Shown: positions 56,109 through 64,000 of the stretch, one piece after another
Numbering within the stretch: the stretch's first letter is position 1
How the letters are laid out: each line of letters starts with the position of its first letter
Origin: Antedon mediterranea
Lineage: Eukaryota > Animalia > Echinodermata
DNA length: 64,000 bases
Direction of reading: 5' to 3'
NCBI RefSeq assembly: GCF_964355755.1
Contig: NC_092675.1
Location: forward strand, 3,219,812 to 3,283,811
Position numbers and translations under genes: made by a program
The notes under the pieces: model-generated
Seen by the model: the letters and a program-made list of their open reading frames with translations, nothing else
What the model was told of the DNA's origin: nothing
The model's database searches: none

Positions 56109-59100
56109 CTGTAAATAAAAGACATTATGGGTTACGTTGGAATCCTGCTTAACCTCTATTTATTAATACATTAGTAAATACTTATGCATGGAGAGGTGGG
56201 GAGGGGCTGTTGTTGTAAGTCAATTGTCCAATTATCTGAATCATCAATAAGGCCATTCTGGTACTGGACTGCAATTACACGTAGATGTACTGTATAGTCT
56301 CCAAAAATACACATTCTATTCATTCTGCATTCATTATGTAGGGTCTTCCAAGGGATATTAAAAGTAAACTAAAATAACTTTTCTACGTCATTGTTTGGAA
56401 CTAACATATCTATCTATTGGTACTATTACAATTTCCCACATTTGTGGCCAGCAGACACCTCTTTTTAAAAGACAGTAATGATACATACAAGTTTCATGTC
56501 CATAGTGATAAACATTTTTTCATGTGAAGTATTATAATTCCAGGTACATATAGACAGTATGCTATTTGTGTGTATTATAAGATATGCATTTTGTATATTA
56601 ATCAAACTCGTACAGACACGCATGATCTTTCCTACACCTGTGTGTTATCATAAAATCTTCCTCATTCAAAATATAGGCTAGGTTAACAATATTAATATTA
56701 TTATTACCTTTACGCAATTGCTACCTGACGTAAATCATATATTAGATAATAAATAGCTGAAAAGACAGCCGGTCGACTTACCTATGAGTGGCACAACCTT
56801 GGAAGTTGGTGGCATAGTTTCTGCGACTAGAAGCAGAAACACATTCAGAGCCAACATGATGGTGATTGTAAGGGTGACTTTCTCTCCGGCGTCTGACGGC
56901 AGGTAAAACCCAAAGAGCACCAGAGCGGAGATTAAGATACAAGGGAAGATTAAATTTAATAAAAAGAATAGTGGTTGGCGTCTTAGAATCACTTGGAAAT
57001 GAAGCGAAGGATACCGGTACTGGAACTCAGGACAGCATGGGTAATACTCAACATCGCGGACAATTGGTGCACTGACCAGTGTCCATTCTCCATTGGTCTG
57101 GAAAGATGTTGTATCACCTTCTTTGTCCGGACACGTGATGTTAAGTTGGTTCTCGTGGTATATAAATGAACCGAATGTTAACGTGCAATTTTGTTGGTCA
57201 AACGGAAAGAAAAGTGGGTCAAGTTGGCACGTGCTCTTGAGAATGGCCGGCGTGTCCCACTGTACGGTACCGTCAAACGAAATGCTTGCTTTGGTCTTCA
57301 TTATGCCGTTGGTGAAATCTTCATTTGCACTAAAATGTAAACGATTGACACGTATTGTTTAAACATTATGGTAAAACAACATGACATGGTCACTGTAACA
57401 AACTCTTTTTGTTGAATACATTATTTGTAATTTAATATCGAACCAAACAGAGGTTGACATGCATTCTGTATGAGAGTAAACTGTCGATATCTTTCATTTT
57501 CTTTGCTATGTGATGTGGCCCAACCTCCCCTTCCTTGTTTGTCACTGCAGTACATAAGTCAGCGTCCCAAACACACATACGAGCTATTTTATTATTTCAA
57601 CACGGTAGAAGTACTCCATAGCTTCATAAAAATCGCAATTACTACAATAGTATTCTATTAATATTATTTTCATATGTGTGCGATCGTTTTGTTTGTAGTC
57701 TAACCTTTATGTATTATAGTGATTAGAGGGTCCCAGTGGAAAGCAGTGATATCACTGATTCTGGATTACCCTCTTTAAAGAAGACTAATAACAAAAATAT
57801 ATATATCGATGTGTTTTACTTATACTTACTTATTGTACATAGTAATATCAGGGAGCCATATTAAAGACGAATCAATCACAGTGGTTGTAATATTGTCGAA
57901 CTCTTCTGGATTCCATGTTAAAAAATAATCAGTCCATTTCTATTAACAAAATGAATTCATAAAAACATTTAATAATGAGTGCTTTGAAAGGGTTAAAGTG
58001 CTGTGATAGATTATCTAAATGTTTAATATTGTTATCAGTTCTTACTAAATTAATATCTACATATCATTATATGATGGATTTATGCATTAATTCTATAAGG
58101 CAATATAAAAAATTGACGAGGAAACTATTACGTCCATAAAATAAATTGAAAAACCATAAAGACGATTTAATCACCATCAAATACGCCTTGTTTATGTCTT
58201 GGTTTATCAATAATGACGTTACACGATTAATAACTATTTAGTGATCAATATTCGAGAGGCAGGCACTTTTGATAGCAGAGTTTTCAGTTTATCTGATTAA
58301 TTTAAATTGTGGCCTTGGTGCGTTATTACGATATAGATATCCAATTCAAAAGAACGCTAACCTTCGAGGTAATATTTAACTGAAGATTCAAACATTGCAA
58401 AATTCGATGATGGCATCAAAAATTCAATCAACGTCTTTTAAATATCAATCAATCGTTGTTATGATTTGTCATAAGTGGGAACTAAAACTTGCCTGGATGA
58501 TGATCGCTCACGATAAATATCTATGTTCTTATAAATCATAATTCATCGTATTAATTTTGGTCTATTAATGGAAGGTCGTTGAGTGCCACGCGAGGGATTG
58601 CACGGCGTTAAGAGGATTGTTTGGTCTACAATTTCCATTGAATTTTAAAATTGATATACAAAACATGATTGTGTATATTGGTGTTGAGTATGTGTATGGG
58701 TTTCTTTTACTCTCGTGGCTTGCGTTCACACTAATCTTTGTAGCAGTACATAAGGGATTGAAGGCCTATACAATTCTGCCTATTTGTCCACCAAATTTAA
58801 TAAATGTTTACAATGACCTTTGTATTCCAACATTCGTTAAGCGTGGTTCCCACTAGAACGCCAGGCATCGACGTATCGACCTAAAGTGTTGTATTGCGTA
58901 ATCAAAAATGGGAACCGACGACGCAATAGTTCTGCAAACATTGCAGGTTTAATTTCACGCAGGCGGGGGGAAAGACAATTATTAGAAGGGCATTTGCATA
59001 CGTTGCGTAGATTGCGTTACGTTGCGTCGCTAGTGGGAACCACGCTTAACTGCTAATGTGTAAGTTGACGCACAACTTTCGATACTCACCTTATTAAACC

Positions 59101-62100
59101 ATACATTTGTTGTCATTATTTGGTTCAACTCATCCTGAATAAAAACAATAACTTACATTAATGTTATAGATGCTATATCATGCTGTATCATGCTATATCA
59201 TGCTGTATCATGCTATATCATGCTGTATCATTCCATTTTGTTCATAAATTTAAATGAAATAGAAACCTAATATCTTGAAGAAAAAAATCGACTACCAAAA
59301 TGATTGCATTACGCTAGAAATAAACTAAATTGATTCATATTGTTTTAATTTCGACTGTAGAATTGTTGTGTCACGTTTAATATTTAATAAAGGTACGTGC
59401 CTAGAATATAAACTATTGACCAATAAGAAAAGCTAACGCGTCAAAATGACCACCAACCAGGTGATCCTATGTGCAAACAAGCGAGTGAACAACCCAACCA
59501 ATCATCAACAATCCACCATCCACGTGATTGATTTAACCAATCACCACCTACCATATCTACGAGCTGAACGACCGTGAGGGACATTTCCAAGTGAATTGTC
59601 TTGGCATAGTTTTGAACGGGACGAACGTCCTTACTATACCCATCCAGTAACCGATCCACCAGCCTAGCTTCTTCAAAGTCATTTATAGCATCTGTGGAAG
59701 TACACAATAATGAAATATCAACTTCTAATCAATATATCTAGAAATGAATTACGAATGATAAAGTATTTATTTTAGGTAAATGATGATTAAGAAATATTGA
59801 AATATGTATTATTATTTTTTTAACTTCACAATCTATTATATTATAAAAGTACTATCAACAATTTTTTACCGAAATACAAAGATGTGAGTTGTGGGCTTAG
59901 CATTAATGGAATTGCTAATGGTTTAGCTGCCTAATGATGTATAAATACACAACAACAACATTTAAGAGCAACATTGTGACAAGTGTATTTGGTGCTAAAG
60001 AGAGTTATAACCATTATTAAATCATCATACACTTATCGACGACTCGCGTTTAAATAACAAACCAAAGATGTATACAGGTTATAATAACAATCTGGAAAAT
60101 AGATAGCCATTGATTGTTATTGGTAGACAGCTCTAAACAATGAATTATCTAAGAGTTGGTTCAATATCCATTAATCCTTTCAAGTGGTCAATGCGAGTCA
60201 CGTGTCACATAATCAAGGCACGCTTATGGCTTTCTATTTAATCAACGTTAAATCTTGTCGCCGCATTAGGGCGTGTCAGTCCAGCCTCTTGACAACCACT
60301 TGAGCAATATTCCAACTTTAAATCTTAATACCATACTTTTTTCGGCGATTATACAATCAATTATGAATATCAAATGACAATTGATTTTGGTTGATGAGAT
60401 ATTTTATAGTATGTAGGTAAGGTGTTTTAAGTTTTCACAACAGTATTTAGCAATACATTATTAAATGGGGAATAAGTATCATATAAAGTTTCAGCATATG
60501 TCCTTCAGAATATCATATTTTCAATAATCATAAACTATAAACTTTATCATAAACATCGTTGAATAATATTCCATAATGTATATGTACTTTAAACCGGGAA
60601 GAACAAATTCCACTCTTCCCTGATCAAACTAAAAGTACTTACTGGTTTAAAATGCCTAGAATTATTAGAATGTCCTTTAGAATATATATATTTTAATTAT
60701 TTATAACCATTATTGAAATAGTATTCCAAAATATTCTGCTCCCAGTAGTTATACTTCCAACGACAAAAACAGACAAAAAGTAAATATATACCATACGGTA
60801 TATTATTATTGTTTATTTGTCTCCATTTTTTCCCCTGTCCTTTTTGTTTTAAAATTATTAATGCAATTCAGCCTTTGTTGTCATAGTAATAGTTTTACAA
60901 ATCGCGTTTTTGTTTAAATAAATAAGAACAATTATTTGGAATTACATATTGGAATAACATAATAAAAGATAACTATTTGCATGATATCAAGACAAATTAT
61001 ATGAAAATGTGGAGATATAAAGTCATACTTTTTAATTTTAAATAAAATGTTAGTTTTTGATTTATTATACCACCATTGAAACAAGATCTAATTTTATTTA
61101 TAAAAAGTGAACCGGGAAACAGACATCATTGTTAAGTATATATTGGGTAATAATGTAAAAAAATCTATAATTTGCTTCAGGTGTGTTTATTTTGCAAATT
61201 AGATGCTCGGTGCTCTTGTCTTTGTCTTTGTTTCCTTGGTTGCAATGTCTTCTTGTCTCGTGATTGTGGATAATAAAGCTTTTAGATGAAATACAATTTA
61301 TTTGAACGCCTCCCTCGAATAAACTCTCCCATAGAACATCATTAGGAATAAACGCTCCCTCGAATAAACGCCCCCTCGAATAAACGCCCCATAGAACATC
61401 ATTAGGAATAAACGCCCCCTTGAATAAATGCCCCCATAGAACATCATTAGGAATAAACACCTCCCTCGAATAAACTCCCCTATAGAACATCATTATATGA
61501 ATAAACGCCCCCTCGAATAAACGCCCCCATAGAACATCATTAGGAATAAACGCCTCCCTCGAATAAACTCCCCCATAGAACATCATTAGGAATAAACGCC
61601 TCCCTCGAATAAACGCCCCCATAGAACATCATTAGGAATAAACGTCCCCTCGAATAAACGCCCCCATAGAACATCATTAGGAATAAACGCCTCCCTCGAA
61701 TAAACGCCCCCATAGAACATCATTAGGAATAAACGTCCCCTCGAATAAACTCCCCGGGCGTTTATTTATTTAATTTCATTTTATTTGTTTGCCAAAAAAA
61801 CTTTGAATCTCTATAACTCTTACGTCAGAATACTCAGCTTAAAATTTATGACAATTATATACAGTACGGTACAAAAAAATTATTTTCTCGAATAAACTCC
61901 CCACCACATGCACTATATACACTATATTTTCTTACAACACATTTATATTTGTAGGAGAATTTATTGATTGATCAGCATGAACTACAATTTATCAAGCAAT
62001 TTGATACAATGTTTGCTATATTTTATCACTTCTTGATATTACTTAATAATTTGTTAAAATATTTTTGTTTCATGTATTCGAATAAATGCGGTATGTTTAA

Positions 62101-62547
62101 AAGTAGGCCCATACCTGGAAGAAACATTTAATATAGAAGAAGTCTTGGAAGGAATTTTTCAGCAATGATTTAAATCTAATCATCAACAAAAACTTTTAAA
62201 TAATTTAGTCCCATGGGTTTTAGGTAAACCAAAATATTCTCAAGTTGAAACTACAGATTCTAAATAAAGTGAAACATAAACAGACTATATTGACTTACAG
62301 TTTTAACATTTTGAATAGGTGGCGTCCTTTTAAGGCTTTCAATTACAATGATGTATGGATTAGTTATAGTAGTGACTATCCACCACTTCCGTTAGTGGAA
62401 CAACCAATTTTCAGATATCACTAAATCAATTAATAATAAATTACGGTACTTACCTACAGAGAACCAAGTAAAATGCAATAGAACTAAATACAATGTATTA
62501 AAGTCCGATTTAAAACATCTTAAAAGTACCACCAGAAGTGCCACCAT
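55534..62547 (-). CDS. CHRNA9/10-like: Nicotinic acetylcholine receptor alpha subunit, alpha9/alpha10-like, 6 coding exons, 503 aa
   Basis: join(complement 62454-62547, 59552-59691, 59090-59134, 57830-57939, 56782-57329, 55534-56108) = 1512 nt, all GT-AG with matching phases. It has a Cys-loop C-x13-C (CQLDPLFFPFDQQNC), vicinal CC in loop C, GEK before M2 and four TM helices. WDTPAILKS.C and the large exon ending VPLIG resemble alpha9/10. Confidence 0.9.
56782..57329 (-). CDS. nAChR exon 5 (Cys-loop, loops B/C, M1, M2)
   Basis: Acceptor TTTTAG|T, donor G|GTAAGT; encodes ANEDFTNGIMKTKASISFDGTVQWDTPAILKSTC...VPLIG. Confidence 0.95.
57725..57790 (+). mobile_element. Short LINE/SINE 3' stem-loop remnant in nAChR intron 4
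   Basis: AGAGGGT-CCCAG...CAGTGATATCACTG...CTGG-ATT-ACCCTCT nested hairpin followed by an A-rich tail, resembling L2-group 3' ends. Confidence 0.4.
57830..57939 (-). CDS. nAChR exon 4 (110 nt)
   Basis: Encodes KWTDYFLTWNPEEFDNITTTVIDSSLIWLPDITMYN. The AG/GTAAGT boundaries and 110-nt size are typical of nAChR genes. Confidence 0.93.
58840..59046. mobile_element. Harbinger-like MITE in nAChR intron 3
   Basis: Perfect 17-bp TIRs AGCGTGGTTCCCACTAG / CTAGTGGGAACCACGCT flanked by TTA/TAA. It has essentially the same TIR as 39553-39731 but a different interior. Confidence 0.85.
59090..59134 (-). CDS. nAChR exon 3 (45 nt)
   Basis: TTCAG|DELNQIMTTNVWFNK|GTGAGT; the canonical 45-nt nAChR exon, containing the loop D Trp. 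Confidence 0.93.
59171..59232. repeat. 10-bp tandem repeat TGCT(A/G)TATCA x6
   Basis: Directly visible in nAChR intron 2. Confidence 0.9.
59552..59691 (-). CDS. nAChR exon 2 (140 nt)
   Basis: CCACAG|AT GCT...; encodes AINDFEEARLVDRLLDGYSKDVRPVQNYAKTIHLEMSLTVVQLVDM|GTAGGT. Confidence 0.9.
61305..61765. repeat. 46-bp minisatellite (AATAAACGCCTCCCTCGAATAAACGCCCCCATAGAACATCATTAGG) within a probable Tc1/pogo-type MITE remnant
   Basis: About 9 copies, ending in the hairpin AATAAACTCC-CCG-GGCGTTTATT. Related CGAATAAA motifs occur at ~61889 and 62074-62092 (…TATTCGAATAAATGCGGTA). Confidence 0.85.
62454..62547 (-). CDS. nAChR exon 1 (signal peptide)
   Basis: Start context GTCATGG; encodes MVALLVVLLRCFKSDFNTLYLVLLHFTWFSV. 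The phase-1 donor G|GTAAGT completes GAT with exon 2. Confidence 0.7.
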
Positions 62548-63816
62548 GACTGTGTGTGAAATGAGGTCTAATAACTGCAGTAGTATCTGTTGATTCTGGT
62601 TTTCATAACTCTCTCTTGTCTTCCATTGATTTCTTATAATACCAATAGCCTTCAATTAGAGGCGTCGAGGCCATAGCATAGATTTCTGTCTGTTTTAATT
62701 ACATGCTTAAATGAATGTTTTGATAATTTATGTAATAAGAAGTCTGGCCGGTATTAATTTAGAAAATACGTGAATTTGTCAACGTTATTGACGGTCTTAC
62801 GAGAACATAGAAAACGTGAATGTCGCCCTCTTTTAGAAAGAGCAGACCGGTTGAATTGTGTAATCACAGATTTGACGTACGTCATTGAGAACTCGGATAG
62901 GCCTATACAGGCATGGTTTTCCGCAGTAGGCACTTATATTCAAGAGGACGGAATCATTAGGAAACTATATCACACGTGAAAGCTATATTACTAAGGTTGA
63001 CAGTTTTGGGATTTTGTAAACTTGACTAATTTATAGGTTTATGCTGCTCGACTCAAATCTGGTTTAAAAAAAGTGCAAAATAAGTTGGTGGGTGTATGGT
63101 AGATAATATGTAATACCATTTGTGAACATAAAAATCTGAAATATATACAAATATCTGTAATACATTCCATTAAACAACATAAATGAAGGCCTACATTTTA
63201 CAGAGCGTACACGAACCCGTATAAAACACATAGGTACAGGCATACAGTTTACGATTAAACCTATTTAATATTGTGCAAAGAGATATTTAATATGTTACTA
63301 ATAATGTTTTCATGTTGGTATTGAGCTCATCTTTCTTGTTCTATTGGTCGTATAAGAATGTCATGAATCTGTATAAAAAAGAAAGAAAAAACATATTGTT
63401 ACATTGGTTGTGGTTGTTGGTGGGAAACAGCGCGTTTCTTTAAAATAAATCGTAGGCCTACCGTAATATCATAATTCTACAATCTGTCTGTTGGGAGGTA
63501 GAGGTAATAAAATGAGCCAGTATGGTTTGTTATGGGGATCCGCACGCTTGAATAATTAAAACTACAGTGCTATCTTTATAATCTTACGATTAGACCTGGC
63601 TGACATTATGCATAATTGCAAGACAGCAGGATTTTGAAAACTCGGTAATTCTTAGAAAATGTTTTTGTATGATGGTCAACCTAAAACTACAGGGACATTT
63701 GAATTGAAATGTTAGTAAATAAACATTTTTTAGGAAAATAATGTGTAGCTGTTACTTATTATAGTGAATCATAAACTGGCTCAGCTTACCCCAGACTCCA
63801 CTTTAACAGTTTATCC

Positions 63817-63900
63817 ATTTATTTATTTATTTATTCAACGTTGTTTTACAAGGATAGCTTTAGCAGCAGTAGGCCTACAGCTGACTTGAAGTTCACCTTT
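63817..63900 (-). mobile_element. LINE-type 3' tail with (TAAA)n
   Basis: Minus strand ...AAAGCTATCCTTGTAAAACAACGTTGAATAAATAAATAAATAAAT. Confidence 0.4.
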
Positions 63901-64000
63901 TATTCTAGGCCTATGAGTATATGAAATCGGTGTAGGTCCTATATAAGTGGACATAAATACCTGACAATAAGATGGAGCATGTAAAGCATGAACCAACGAG

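Noticed and set aside
55634-57362. Plus-strand ORFs 55634-56035 and 57093-57362 (and minus-strand ORFs over FoxB)
   Set aside because: They are antisense shadows of real coding exons.
60630-60790. Alternative nAChR exon 1 ending at the GTAAGT near 60642
   Set aside because: There is no open hydrophobic leader upstream; 62454-62547 fits phase, start context and signal peptide better.
61098-61622. 174-aa minus-strand ORF
   Set aside because: It translates the 46-bp repeat array inside nAChR intron 1.
61305-61765. Repeat array with CRISPR-like periodicity
   Set aside because: There are no unique spacers or cas genes, and the context is a eukaryotic intron.

Overview
This is AT-rich (about 30% GC by eye) metazoan genomic DNA, probably from a marine invertebrate (echinoderm-like; inference). 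Two convergent protein genes bracket a ~49-kb gene desert. The first is an intronless FoxB forkhead gene (5500-6483, +). The second is a six-exon alpha9/alpha10-like nicotinic acetylcholine receptor alpha subunit (62547-55534, -; 503 aa, assembled by hand from GT-AG sites) with a non-canonical agonist site (loop B Trp->Phe, lengthened loop C). The desert contains transposon debris: Harbinger-like MITEs (some nested), a Kolobok-like element, Helitron/Helentron ends, LINE 3' ends and a Nin-like SINE. It also has minisatellites, a tRNA-Pro-like element with a TGT anticodon and an upstream antisense copy, a Penelope-type minimal hammerhead ribozyme, and several GC-rich, hairpin-rich islands. The most striking pattern is a window-wide excess of TA-[GGCC/GGC/CCG/CAG/CCGG]-TA words, often chained. 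Empty/filled paralogue pairs suggest they are cut-and-paste excision footprints, and one may have lengthened the receptor's ligand-binding loop C. All counts and alignments were made by eye; no databases were searched.
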